From Geosiphon pyriformis uo1 (lineage: Eukaryota > Fungi > Glomeromycota), in NCBI GenBank assembly GCA_016748015.1, contig JAAOMT010000741.1, positions 62,001-126,000 of the forward strand: DNA of 64,000 bases. Reading direction: 5' to 3'. Positions within the stretch are counted from its first letter, which is position 1. Each line of letters begins with the position of its first letter. Both the position numbers and the translations under genes were made by a program. A model generated the notes under the pieces. It was not told where the DNA came from, ran no database searches, and was given only the letters and a program-made list of their open reading frames with translations. This document shows positions 1-14,110 of the stretch, one piece after another.

Positions 1-3
1 TAT

Positions 4-1317
4 TTATACTTGATTTTTGTTGATTATTTGGGTTGGTATTACCACAACAGACAACCAATCAGGTCGTTTATAATATTTTTTGAGTTGTGTACTATAAACA
101 AAACAATTATTGAAGATTGTTCCAGATTGATTTTAAAGAATATAAGAATTATTGTTCAAAACTTTGTTAATTATAAAGGGTTTATTCCACCAGCTAGAAA
201 ATTTATTACCATAGACATTGTCTTTATCTAAACAGTATTTCAATATCAAGTCACTAATACTTAAAGAAAGTGTTTTATAGGTTTTTTTTTTCTTAAGCTT
301 TTCTTGGAACTGTTTTATCTTTTTAAAAGCAATTATTCGTGCTTTTACCAAGAAGTCAAGAATGATACCAAGTCTTTTTTGCAAAATGTTTTTATAATTT
401 CCTATTGTGATCTTTTCAAAGAATATTGTTTCAATATTAGTTTTTATTGGTAGTGTTACCATGCATCCATAGAGCAGATAAAAAGATTCATAACTTGTTA
501 TGTCATGATTCACAGTTCTATATGCAAACAAAGCTGAAGGCAGTACTTTGTTCCATAAGTTTGTTTCTTTACTGGTTTTGGCCAGAGTTTCACATAGTGT
601 TTTATTAAAATGTTCTACTAAGCTATTTGTTTAAAGGTAATAAAAAGAGGAAAGTTTATGATGTATTTCTATTTTTCTACAAAGTTCTTTAACCAGTGTA
701 TTAAGAAAAGCTCTTCCTCTATCAAATAAAAGTTTTTTGAAGCAGTCATGACAGCAGATGATATCTTCATAAATGAAATTGGCTATTGAGATTGCTGTTT
801 GCTCTGAAGTGGCTCTTGCTTCTACCTATTTTGTAAGATAGTTGGTAGCTGTGATAATATATCTGTTGCCATTAGGAGTTATTGTTAAAGATCCAACAAC
901 ATTTATACCAATTCTGTTAAATAGTTGACCAACAGAAATTGAATAGATATCTTCTTTGTGATTGAATTTGCCTCTTTTTTGGCAGATATTACAGGTTTTG
1001 ATGTATTCAGCAATGTTTTTTCCCAAGATAGACCAATAATAGCAAGCTAAGATTTTCTGAATTGTTTTTATTTTTCCAAAGTGTCCAGCCAATAGGTTAG
1101 TGTGTATGTTGTATATTATAATTTCTCTTTTTTCAAATTTAATGATTCTTTGGAGGCAGTCAGAATCTTTTCTGTTTCTTTTATATAATTGGTTTTGGTA
1201 AATTAAATAGAAATTTAATTGTTTACACAAATGTTCTCTTTGCTGTTGAGTGTATCCTGATGGGTATTGTTTTTTACCCAAAAATTCCATTAAAACAAAG
1301 TAGTTGTCTAAGTCCAT
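4..1317 (-). pseudogene. Integrase of element A (own ATG; N-terminal YP..Y motif, HHCC, DDE core, GPF-like module)
   Basis: ORF pieces 826-1317 (H..AGHFG...C..CQ, IGINVVG) and 133-531 (FAYRT, WNKPF). In-frame end TAA at 4-6. Confidence 0.85.
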
Positions 1318-2119
1318 TATCGTGTTTGTTTGTGAAAAAGTTATTAATAATTAGGTTGGTTTGGTTTGAGAAGTTGTACTATCACTGAATGGTAAATCTA
1401 GAGAGAACATCAGTGTTTTGATGATTTGCTCCTTTGCAGTATTGAATATCATAGTCAAATTCATCCAAGTGAAGTATCCAGTAAGTTATTCATTTGTGTT
1501 CTAGCTTTTTTTTATTGTGCAGCCAAACCAAGGCTTGATGATCTGTTACTACTAGAAATTTTACACCAAAAAAATATTGATCTTAGTAATTAGTAGCCCA
1601 AACTACTGCTAAACATTCTTGTTCAGTAATTGAATAGTTTTTTTCTGCTGATGTAAAGAATCTACTGGCATATGCTATGGCATGTTTTCTGCCATTTTCA
1701 TCTTTCTGTGAAAGAACAGCATCAAGTCTATAGCCAGATATATCAGTGTGGAGAATTAAAAATTGGTTCAAATTAAATTGCTTGAAAATTGGTTCAGTAA
1801 CAAGTTTTTCCTTCAGAATTTCAAAAGCTTTTTGTTGATAAATGTTCTAGTGATAATTGACATTTTTCCTGAGTAGCTAATTGAAAGAAAAAACGATTTT
1901 GGAGAAATTCTTGATAAATTTGTAATAATAAGAAACCAACCCAAAGAAAAAATATAGTTCAGGAACATTCATTGGTTGTCTAATGTTTTAAACTTTTTCA
2001 ACTTTAACTGGATCAGGGAAGATTTCATCTTTTGTAATAAGATAACCAAAAAACTGGGTGGATTGGCATCCAAAAAAAAATTTGATTGAATTGATCTTAA
2101 GGCCAGCATTTCTGAACAG

Positions 2120-3084
2120 TGTTACCAGACGAAATTAGAGATATTGCTTAGCATAAAATTACCCTTATAATTTTTATTATTAATTAGCATTTCAAATTAT
2201 CACTTATTACATTTAGCAAAATACCCGAAATTATTATTTAATTAATAACCCAATTTGTACATAACACAAATGTAACCTAATTGTGATGATCAATCATGCA
2301 ATACCCTGAACTATGTAACATTCAAGAGTTCGCCAAAATTTGTAGAAATTCACTGAAATAATTGATAGTTCACCGAAATATTTAATAGTTTGCAGAAATA
2401 ACTTGTAGTTTGCCAAAATGTATCTTTAGTTCAGCGAAATTGTAGAAAAGAGCAAAGTTTAGAATAGTGTTATGACAAGTTGTATAAAAAAAGAGCTTCT
2501 TTCTTCAAGAAAATGTATCTTACTTTAGATTTATTACTTAGAACTATTCTTATACACACAAAAAGAAATAAAATATCAAATAATTCAAAAAACCAATTTC
2601 TTTAAATATTGCACTTGAAAAATCTCCAAAAACCCAACTAACATTTTGAAATTGATTAGCTACTAATTTCAGTAAACTGTTTGTAACTCCAGGTCTGAAT
2701 AGAAAACGTTTCCCTTGACAGAATTTTATTTCTTTTACATTTCTTTTATTTTTCTTTTCTTTTCTTATTACAAGCATTAGGGTAGCCTACAGACAAGATT
2801 CCTGTAGAAGAATTGACTTTTACAGCAAAGTAACTACATATTTTTTAGTGAGCTTCCAAACAAGCAATTCCTGAGAAAGAGTTGATGTTTACTACAACAT
2901 AACTACACAAAGCAACTGGCATGAAATTGGCCATTCCACTTATAAGCCCAGCAGTTTAAATTATAGGAAATAATTTGAAGATAAATTCAGTTATTGGAGG
3001 TTCAAACACTTCTTATAGTCGTGAATTAACAGCATTACAACAAACATACAAGAGATAAGAAGAGACCAAAAACCTCCAGTAACA
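2120..3084 (+). repeat. Solo LTR (965 bp, distinct family) inserted in the RT of element A
   Basis: TGTTAC...GTAACA ends, perfect ACAG TSD (2116-2119/3085-3088), TATAAAA at 2483, 20-bp tandem array at 2327-2445. Confidence 0.9.
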
Positions 3085-3128
3085 ACAGGTCAAAAACTTT
3101 TTGCAAATGTTTAAGGTGTTCATTCCAG

Positions 3129-3976
3129 TGTTACAGATGATTATTTGGGGTCTTAAATCAAATAACAAATCTGTAATTTGGTGCTTGGTTGGTATTCTGG
3201 AGTTGATATCTGAAGGTTTTGTTGTGGAGTTTTTTGTATAATGGACAGAGATTTAATTGATGATTTTATCCATAGCTTCCCAAAACTGCAGTTTCATCAA
3301 ATTTTTTTCTCAGTGTGGTGGCCAGTAATTCTTTTGGTAAGTTATCCTCAAATCTATGAGTGTTCTACCCTTGTTTCATGGGTCTTTTACCAGTTCCTAT
3401 GATGTCTGTATCTCAGTGCTTAATTCTTAATCAATTTAGTAAATCCCTAAAGAAATAACAAAAAGAAATAAAAAAAAATAAAAGAAAATAAAAAAATAAA
3501 CAAAAGCAATTGCAAGTTAGTATCTCATTAATAGCCATGATCAAGAGCTATTGTTCTAGCATGGTTAAGTATCAATTACTATCAACACTTTATGTTGATA
3601 ATGGAGAGTAGATTGAAATAGTGAATAGTTATTTATTGATATTTGTGAATTGGAAGGTTGCTTAGATGAAATCTAAACTAAGAGGTCTCTAACTAAAGAA
3701 TTCTGTCTTTTCTACTTTTAACACTATCACTATATATACATAATTTGAGTTCTATGAGATCACTCACATTCTCGAGCAATGTTCTATAATTTTTCAAACA
3801 ATGCTCACATTGTTGAATAATGTGCTATGATTTTTGACATTGCTCCATATTGCTAAGCAATGTGCCATAATTTCTGACATTGCTTCATATTGCTAAGCAA
3901 TGTGTTTATGTGCTGACTACTACTCTCTTATTAGTCTACTATTTTCCTATATCTGTTTTCTTTTTTATGAGTAACA
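3129..3976 (-). repeat. Solo LTR (848 bp, same family as element C LTRs) inserted in the RT of element A
   Basis: TGTTAC...GTAACA ends, perfect CCAG TSD (3125-3128/3977-3980), clear similarity to 17363-18209. Confidence 0.93.
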
Positions 3977-6900
3977 CCAGGTTTTTAAGTAAACCATTAT
4001 GTCATCTAAATAAACTAGAACAAAGTTTTCTTTTACTGATTCAAATACTTTGTTCATTAAGCATTGAAAGATGGAAAAAGCATTAATGAGACCAAAAAAC
4101 ATGACTGTGAATTTATAGGTGCCATACTTAGTAATAAAAGTAGTTTTTTTTCTGTTTTCTGGATCCATCTTTACTTGCCAGAATTTAGCAGTTAAGTCAA
4201 TAATTGAGAAAAAAACAGTACCATTGAATTTATCTAACATTGTATCAATTTTGGAACTGGGTATATGTTTCTTATAGTAATGACATTTAATTGGCAGTAG
4301 TCAACACAAAAATGTAGAATTTTACCTTTTTTGGATACTACTACAACTGAAAAAGCTCATTTACTCTTGGTTTTTTGTATGAATTCAAGATTTTTCATCC
4401 AGTTTATTTCTTTTTTTGATGAACTTATTATTGTGTCAATTGAATTGATAAGGCTTTAAATGGATAGAATAAGTTTCTTTTGTGGTGATAATGTGTTGTA
4501 TCACATGGGTTTGTTCAGGAGTATTACTTTCTTTTAAGATAACTGAGCTATTTCTAGCCAACAGATTTTCAATGTCCATTTTTCTTTCTTTAAGAGAAGG
4601 TTCTCTTTGTTCTGTAACTAGTAATTAAATTTCAGGTGGTTCATTCTCAAAAGACTTCTGTATTTTTTTTAGTTCTTTTCTGAGTATCAAACTAATTGGC
4701 TCCCAATCTTTGTAATAAATTAAGCAGAACTTGTATTCATCACTAGAGGAATACAAAGATTTATTACACCAGCATCTGGCACAAGCACCATACCACCAAT
4801 AACTGTATTTTGCTTTCTTGCCAGGTTTTTTGTTAAAAGTTTTTCTGAGAATATCATAGTAAGGCTAACAGATTAACTTGCCATTTACTATAATTTCTTT
4901 TTTGTTAGCTTTAATATTGTCTAGTGGTTTGCTATTACTAGTAAAAATAGTATAGATAAGTTTAATAGTTTTTTTTTGTTTTTCTTGATCTTTTTCTTTA
5001 TCGCTTTTATTATTATCTGATTGTTCTTCTTCTTGGTTTTGCTTGAATACTGGAAAGATTGTTCAATGATAACACTTTACCACAATGGGTCTCTCACCAC
5101 ATCTGATGGTTAGTTCACAAAGTTTATAGTCAAGTAATGCTTTGGCTTTCTTGAACCACTCATTGTTAACAATTATAGTATACTCTTTTGCTTCAAATAC
5201 TTCTATGTCAATTTTAATGCTAATATCATTGATGTGAACAGAAACAGCTTTGGCTATATCCAGACTTTTTTTTTGTTACTATGTATATTAGTCATTGGTC
5301 TAGTTGAAGATTCATTAATCTTTCTGCCAATTGCTTCAAAAAAATGTTTGGCTATGATACTAACAGATGATCTATTATCTAAGATCAGATCAATAAAGTA
5401 ACCAGCTACTTGGGCTTTGCAGATTAGAGGAGTAATATTGCTATTGTCAGCAAGTTCAGCTTGGCAAGAACATTTGTTGGTTTTTGGAGTTTTTTTCTTT
5501 GGGATCAATAATTTGTGAAAATTTTTTCTAAACTGTAAATAGATCATTAACTGGCCAAAAGTAATATGTGCTGGGGTTTCCATAAGATCTTTCACAACAA
5601 AATAGGGTCCAGATTTTTGTACAATTTCTGGGGGTTCCAACTTTGAAGAATTCTTAAAAACTTTAATCTTTGGTGACTTATTGTTATTAGCAGTAGAAAT
5701 TGAGACTTTGTTGGGATCTAAAACAAAATCAACCTTGGCTTTCTTCTTTTTTTTTGTCAAGTCAGAAGTGTTAATTGTCAGTTCATTCATATTATGATTA
5801 TTATCAGTTAAATTAAAGATGTAAAAAGAGTTTTCTTCTGGTTGGCTTGCACTCTTACCTTTTGGAGGTGTGCTTACCAGTTTAAAAACTAATAAACAGT
5901 AGCTTCAACTAGGAGATCTTCTCTAAAGAAATTGATGTTGACATGATTGTGTCTTTGATTGAAAATATTGTTGTTAATAATTCTGTTGTTTTGATTATTA
6001 TTGTTTCTAGAAGCTGGAGGTGGCAAAAGAAAATTGTTGCAATCTCTTGAAAAATGTTCAGTTAATTTACAGTGGTAATACATAAGTGGACCACAATTTT
6101 GTTGCCTTTGATAAGAGAATTGCTAGAGTTAATTAAAATGGAGTTCAAATTTAGATCTTTGTTAATTCTCTCTGACTGCTTGGGCTAAAAGTTCCAGTAA
6201 CCAGACAAGATTAGCTGTGAGTCTATCTATTAACTGTTCATTTGGATCTTGAGTTTGGGCAGCAAAAGAGGTAGCAGCCATTTAAAGAGCAAGAGCTATA
6301 ACAGAAGCAGAAGCAAAAACTGGAAGAGTAGATTCCAAGTGCATTCTTTGGTTATCTTCTATTCTCTGGACAAGTTCAATAGCCATATCCATTGTGGGAT
6401 TATTTTTCAAAGTCAGAAGGGGCCAAAAAGCATATAAGAAATCAGTTTTCAATCCTTTTGTAAAGGAATATATTTTCTGCTCTTTTGTCCAATTTCTTCC
6501 TAAGTCTACCCATTTAATTAGCTTTCTTATTGTTTTGGCATATTCAGTTATTACTTCTTCTGGACCTTGGATTCTTTTTTCTAATTCCATGTGTTACTTG
6601 GATATCAATATTGGGATTCTGAACTTATTTTCAAACTAGGTAGTAAAAGAGGTGTTGTTTTTTCTAGCATTTGCAGGTGTCTATTTAATAATTCTTTGAT
6701 GAGCATTGGCATTTGTTTCTTGTAAAAACCAGATAGCAAAAGAGCCTTGGAAATAGCCACCAATAATTTGGAACTTGTATTTATCATTGTATTGATTGGC
6801 TGTGGCAGTTCTTTCAAAATCATCCAACTATTTAATTAAATTTTGTGCATTATTTCTGAATAGTGGTAGTGGGATATTGTTTCTTTGCCTTAAAGCAGTT

Positions 6901-7450
6901 TGTATGCCTTGGAGGGCAATCAGAATGTTTTGTTGCATAGAGTCATTAGCCATTGGTTCAAAAGTAACTGTTTGTGTAGAATGTTCTGATTTATTTGAAA
7001 AGAGATCAAAAATAGGAGCAGTTTGATAGCTTTTTTCTTCTGTTTCAAAGGGTGTTTCAGCTAATTGGTGGACAGCAATCTAGATATAAATTTGGTGATT
7101 TAGATATTTGAAATCAAGGGGCTGTTGTTCAAAAATTGTGAAATATAAAAGCTGATTAATGCTGTTGTTTCTTTCTTCAAAGTTGTCTTTAAGATAAACT
7201 TGATCAAAGTAGTAAGTTGTATAGGCTGTATAGATTTCAGCTGAATGCTCATTTAAAAACCAGTTCCAAAAATCTTGGAATTGTCTGTTAGATTGTTCTT
7301 TAATGGGGAAGCAAATTAAGCAGAAGGACAAAGGATTGAGTTCAATAAAGTCTAAATCATTTTTGTTGTATGTTTCAAAGTGTTCTTCTGATTGTTGTGG
7401 CAAATATAAATAATTATCTATACAATAAAAAACAAAGTAGATTTTGACAA

Positions 7451-7467
7451 CTTTACAGAGAGCACCA
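7451..7467 (-). promoter_or_regulatory. Primer-binding site of element A
   Basis: Minus strand TGGTGCTCTCTGTAAAG, 6 nt inside the LTR; nearly identical to the PBS of elements C and G. Confidence 0.8.
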
Positions 7468-7473
7468 CTTTTA

Positions 7474-8164
7474 TGTTATAAATTAGAGTAACAAGCTAAC
7501 AGATAGCAAGAGAGAACAGAATTGTAGAGTAATGAAAGAAATCAAAGAGAATTCAACTTCAAAGAATGAATTGAATAAGTATAAATTCAATATATGAGAT
7601 CAGTCTCATAAAATATCTCAGTTGCTATACTTTTCAAAAAATAACTGAGAAATTTAAAGGTAGAAGAATAGTCTGTACTGTCAACAAATAATCACATACT
7701 GGTATAATTTTATGCTTTACATCAGTGCTTTTAGAATTCAATATCAGGTATCAAATATACTTTTTAGTCACATTTTATTCAATAATCTTTAAATACTACA
7801 ATTACACGTTTCAGAAAAAGGGTAAGAAATAACCAACAAATAATCTTTTATTTCAAAATGTTCAAATATTTGAAGGTAGAGAAAGTGAATTTAGTGATAA
7901 GAGAATGATTAAGATAAAAATTGTTATTTTATTTCTTTTCTTTTTTTGATTCTTACATACTTTTTAACAGTTAAGAGATTCATCACTTATATAGTTATCA
8001 AAAATAGTCAATGATCAAGTCAATGACTAGGTCAATGATCAAATCAATAATCAGATCATTGATCAGGTCAATGATTACTATCTAAAAATAAAGTGGCTAA
8101 TTATATGATATTAGTGGCTAATACATGTGATAATTAATAAGAACTATAGGTTTCAACTGTAACA
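7474..8164 (-). repeat. 5' LTR of element A (691 bp)
   Basis: TGTTAT...TGTAACA ends, adjacent PBS, 12-bp tandem array (TCAATGATCAGG-like, ~6 copies) at ~8008-8078. The partner LTR is outside the window. Confidence 0.75.
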
Positions 8165-11100
8165 ATGTAAATCTAATCAACACAATAAATAAAAAAATCA
8201 GCTATAATTTTTGTATTAAAATCTGTTTTTTATTAAGCATAACAAACCAATCTGTAAATATTATACATAAAATAATAAGCATTATTGAATACAGTCAAAC
8301 TATTAGTCACAATAAATTTCTTTAAAACATGATGAAAAAAAATATACATGAATGAGTAATAATATTAACAAATACATCTGTTTAATTATTGTTTTTATTA
8401 TTTGAATGACTCTTGACTTTTACTTATTTTACCAAAATGTTTTTATTTTTAATTAAATTGGCAATATGTTGTTATTTTAACCAACAATTATTATGAAAAT
8501 CAAGACAACATAAACTCAAATTTGAAGTACACATATTAATTGCTACTTAGCTATTTAAGTGCAGAATTACAAAGCAAAACAAAAATACACATTCTAAAGC
8601 TAAAGCAACTGTTCACAATTTTACTATTGTTGAAAACACAAAACTCTAAATCTCTACTTCAATACTCATAGTAATATTCAAAAAATAAACCACTGTTTTA
8701 TAAGCCATAAACAAAAATCTTTTATTCTTTAAAAACTTATTAGTATAAATAACAAAATCTTTAAATCAAATCTCATACAAATGTTTTTAAACAGTTAAAA
8801 ATTTACCAAAATCCAAAATATTAAAAATATTATATGTTAAAAGTATGTTTAATAAATTAAAACCAAGGTTAATTATAAATTTAAAAGCTATATTAAATCA
8901 ACAAAACACCAGATTTTTTAGATCCAACTTTTTTTAATAACAAAATATTTTTCAATTCATAATTATATTATGCTTATTTAACAGCTTATTATTAAATATT
9001 ACATCAAAACATTTTAAAGAATTAATTATATTATAGTAATAAAAATTTTTTAAAATAACTAACATTAAAAACTTGCCAGAATTATAAAAAACACTAGGCA
9101 TATTATTAGCCAATAAAATCTTATTGTCCAAAAAAACCTTTATTATGCTTATAAAAAAATTGTTTACAGAGTTAATTTTTAATTTTGCAAAAAACTACAG
9201 TGAATTTACCAGTGTTTATTTTAACATCTGCAAATTTAACAATTAATAATTAAACAAATGTTTAAAATCTTAAGCAATATTAAAAAATACAACTAATAAA
9301 GCTGTTTTGTTTTTAATTTGCATTTGCTTAAAAGTTTTCAGACCATATAAAAAAAGATAATACAATAATTTATTAGAAAAATTTTTTGGTAAATTAGTTT
9401 TGGTTTTAAGTTTTTTTTTTATAAGAGCATTTTATTTGTTATATATAAACTGAATTCTATAACTAATAAATAGTTACAAAACAGTTAACACCAAATAAAA
9501 AAATTGTTTATTCAGCAAAATTTTTTTTAATACTATATTAAAAAAAAACTTAATATCTAAATGTGTTTTAATCAAACTTAATTTAAACATACTTTTAATT
9601 AACTAAAAAATTTTTAGATATTTGTAAAGCTTACTTTTTGTAATTATTATTGGCAGCTTATTAATAGACAAAAAAACACTTTTAATTCTTTAATTAATAG
9701 AAATAGCTACTGTCTTTTTATTATTAATTAAAATATTATTAATAAAAAAACTTACTAACAATATTCAAAATATATTGCATAAATATATAACTATTTTTTA
9801 TTTAAATTATATTATTAATGAAAACATCTGTTATAAAAAACATAGTTTTGTTTAAACTAGTTTCCATTTTTTTTGTCTTTGCAACAAATTTTGTATCTAT
9901 ATAATATTTACATAAATGTTCATGTTTTTTAACTTTATACAAGTAAAAATCATAAAATATTTTTCAAAGAAAAGATAAAAAAATCTTATTCTGGTCCAAG
10001 CTATTATGTATTTTATATCTATTTAAGAGCCTAGAATTTAGCATTATTCTATTAATTTTATTTTTATATAAATTACCAAAGAACTTAATAAACTTTTTAT
10101 GTATTTTTATCTACTTTAAACTCTATTACAAATGAATTTAGCCAACAAAATTATAAGTTTTATGCATATTTTGTAAAACCAATTACATTTTTCTTTCTTT
10201 TTCCAAATTATCTTTAATAATAAAGCTTATAATAAAGACTGGTATCTGTATAAAAGTGTCTTTAAGCACCAAAAAATTGTTTTCACAAAGCATATTAAAC
10301 TTGTTATAAACAGAAAAAATATAATTTAACCCTTAATTTTTTCTGATACAATTAATCAAAGAAAATTTTTAACAGAATTTTCTTAGTTATTTCAATTAAA
10401 GCTATTAATTTAGTATTTATTAACACTCTTTTTTACTCATACAGCTTTGAAATTATAAATACTCAAGCTCTTTTTCAAAACACAAAAACTATTTTTAAAA
10501 TTAAGCAACTGTTTAGCAAATCTAAAAAACATCTCAGAATATTATTGCTGTTATGCTTTTATAGCTTATTTAAAATACCAGAAAAATCAACTGTTTTACT
10601 ATTAAAAAGGCATTTAACTGTGCACTTTAATTCATTAAAACTAATTTCTTTTATTACTTTAAAAAACACATTATTATTTATATAATTTAAAAATACATAC
10701 TAATAGAACTAAAAATTAAGAATAATTTCTAGCACTAAATGTTTTCTAGTTTAATTTTTTATAATACTATCTACCTTATTTTTTATTTTATCTGATTTTA
10801 AAACCAGTTCTTTTTCAATTACCAAATAATCAAGCATTACTTTCTGAAAAGATTATTTTAAAATACTTCTAATTATATAATTTTTTTTTATGCAAAATTT
10901 TTTTTATTTTCTTATTAATAACTTTTTTAATAATCAAAGTCTTAGTGAATTCTGATTTTCAAAAGTTTAAAGCACAATATTTTTTTCTGGTTTCAGACAA
11001 ATAACAAAAAACTTTTTCAGATTTTATTTTACATTTAATTAGAAATTATACATTAGAAGTTTTAGTATTATTAAGTTTTAACTATACTTTTATAAGATAA

Positions 11101-14100
11101 CCAAAGTTAAAAACATTGTCAAAAGCAAAAATTTTAACAATTTTAGAAATCAAAACTTCCAATTTAAAAAATTTAAAAGACTGCTTATTCTTTGAAACAT
11201 TAAAAAAACTTTATTTACTGAATTTACAACTTCTTTTTTTAAAATATTCTATATTGTATTCTATTTATCTTGCTTTTTTGCATTCTAAAACTTATGTAAG
11301 ATTAAAAACAGACCCAATAATAAATACTTCTAAAACATGTTTATTTTATTTCATTAGCATTTTTTATATTGGACTTTCAACAATCTTGATTAATCTGTTT
11401 GTATAAAAAATTTAAACAGATATCTAAAAAATTGTTTAACTTAAAAGAGACTAATACAATTTTGTAATTAGTATTAAAAAATTAAAAACACCACAATTAA
11501 TGACTGCTAACAAAAAATGATTACTAACAAAAATATAATCAATGGTTTTTTCTATCTTTTTTGAATTGTTTTAAGTAGAAAGCTTAGCTAAAAAATTTTT
11601 AAAGAATAAGTTTTGTAAATCAAATTCAGAATATTTTCTAAAACTGACACTTTTTTTTGACTTATTTTTATTAAAATTATTCTTTAGCACTATATAAGAG
11701 CTAGAACTAATTGTTTTGGCAATAAAAAACTTAATATCTTTAATTTGACCAAAACACATACTTATTAATACATTAATATAAATTCCTAAAATTGTCATTA
11801 AGAAATTATTACCAAACAAAAAACAAATTAACATAAAATAATCCAAATCTTTAATACTTTGTATATATAATAAGCCAACTTATCATTTATTATTATTGTC
11901 ATATTTGAATTCAAATAGCCAGAATTCAGACCAAATACAAAAACTTTCAAACTAGAAAACTTGTTTTTTATTTAATGTTTAATTTATTTCTTTAGTTTTA
12001 TTTCTGTAATAATTAAAACTATATTGTTAAACTTTATATATCAATAAACAATGTTTTTTGCTTAACTAAATTGTTTATATTTTTAATATTGTACATGGCA
12101 ATTTTTTAAACAAAATTAGTTATTGAAATAAAAAGAAGCATTTGAGAATCTGAATATACAATTGATTTAATTTTGTTAGAATAAAAACAACAAATATCTC
12201 AAAAACAATTATTTAGATTTCAGACTATTTATTTTAGTGGTTAGAATTTTAGAACTGCTTATGCCCAAACTTAAATTTTTATTTATTGCTATTAAAAAAA
12301 GAGAGAATAATATTTATAAATTGTTTAAAACCATATCTAAATTTAAATTTGAACCCAAAACCACTAAATTAGCCAAGATAAAAAGTAGAAAAGTGAATAT
12401 TAAAGATACTAATTTCAAACTATTTAGCTTGTACACAATATTTGATACTTGATTAGCCAACAACTTTAGTTACTAATTCAAAAAAGCTAACTGAGCATTA
12501 ACAGAAAATATTACTTAAAAAATAGAGAAAATTTTTATTAAACTATAAAGCACTAAAATAAAAGATATTAAATAAAAAAACAAAGTAAATATTAACAAAA
12601 CAACAATTAAAAAAACTATTTGTGCTTAAAATTTGCCATCAAAAATAGTAAATTAAGAGATAGAAATTTTTTTTTAGCATAAAAATAAACCAGCTAAAAA
12701 CAATTCTTATTTAAAACAAACATCTTATAAATTTTTTTTAAAGCAAAAGCAAACAAGTTTTTAAAATTACACTTAAGAGAAAAGTGTTTAAAACACTTAT
12801 ACTTTTTACACCAGATCAAATTTAATCTAATCTAATAAAGTTTTATCTTACCAAAAATTAGCTTTATACAAAAGACTAATTTCAAATTTTTTTTTGACCT
12901 AAAACTAATTACAGTATAATAAACTCTATTATTAGTATTAAATAAATAATTTATTATACAAGTTTTTCTATCAGTTTTTTTAATAAAATACCAAGATTAT
13001 GAACAGTTATTTCTACAAACAAAGTAAATAAAAATGCTTTAAATTAATCTTTAGATATTTAGATATTATAATTTTCTATAATTTTAACTATATATATTGA
13101 ATTTTTCTTGATTAAAAATGATTATTTTAATGCCAGCAGATTAGTTTAACTTAATTTGGCAAATTTTATTATAGTTTTCTGTTACAGCCTAATAAGTTAT
13201 AATTAGATTAATATTATTTTATTATATTTAAAAAAAGCTATAACAATTAATTTTTTTGGCATATCAATAAAAATTTTTTTAATAACTACAGTCTGATTTA
13301 AACAAAATTTTTGTTTTTTGTAATTGTTGTTTACTCTAATTTTTTTTTTAACCAATAAAGCAGCTTTTTCTATGTTTTTTTTTAATGTAAATATTAATTT
13401 AATTATATATTTAAATTTTAAAAAAATAATAGTTTTCTAAAACCATTAACTAATAAAAATAATTTTTTAATTAATTGTGGTTTTATTATTGCTAATTTGT
13501 TTTTTACAGCTAAAAATTAATGTTTAAAGCAAAACATTTTTTGATAGTAACTTTTACTTAAGTTTTAACAATTTTAGAGTTTATTTATTTTTTGTTTAAA
13601 AAGATTAAAAGATAAAAAAAAGAGAAATAAGACTTTATTATCTTCTATATTATAATTAAAAAAGCCAATTGGCAAATCAATTACAGTACCAATATTGATT
13701 TACTTAATCTTAAGTGTATTTATTTTAGAATTTAATTATTATTTACTCTTATTGTCTATTTTATAGTCTATATTGACATCTAAAGAAATAATTAAAAAAA
13801 TATTATTATTTATATCTATTTTAGTAAACTGACTAATAACATGTTTTGATTTATTAAAACTCAAATTTGTTTTATTATTTAAATGTTTTATATTATTAAA
13901 AAATGCTTTTTGTTTTTGAATCAAGCTTTTATTAACTAAGCTTAAAACCAAAACTTTGACTACTTTTTTTTTAACAGCAAAACCACTAATAGTAATAGTT
14001 AGTTTAATAACAAAAAAATTTGTTTTTTAAGAAATATTGAATATAAAAACAGAAAAAAAAAACTTTTTTTAAAATATGACTTTTTTTTAGAAATTTGGAA

Positions 14101-14110
14101 CAAAAGAAAA
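8165..14110 (-). mobile_element. Very old, heavily AT-shifted LINE (ORF1 ~12120-14000; ORF2 APE-RT-RNaseH ~8165-12120)
   Basis: Residual peptides match the better-preserved LINEs: ORF 11571-11846 is APE-like and ORF 13739-13951 is the ORF1 N-terminus. Domain order is the same. Confidence 0.75.

Larger units (their letters stand above)
1382..7403 (-). pseudogene. gag-protease-RT-RNaseH of element A, interrupted by two solo LTRs
   Basis: ORF fragments 7080-7403, 6282-6590, 5889-6083, 5254-5790, 3965-4240 and 1583-1771. The RT reads continuously (LDDIMVYLKTW|NEHLKHLQKVFDL|FRNAGLKIN) once the solo LTRs are removed. Confidence 0.85.
1..8164 (-). mobile_element. Ty3/Gypsy LTR retrotransposon A (decayed; 3' end outside window; no dUTPase seen), inserted near the 3' end of an old LINE
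   Basis: The minus strand reads 5' LTR 7474-8164, PBS, gag with a CCHC knuckle (~6040-6083), protease (LILDNRSS from DSGS, ~5370), RT (YLDD at ~4005), RNase H (LHTD.SG...DVLSR), then integrase. Many stops and frameshifts. Confidence 0.9.
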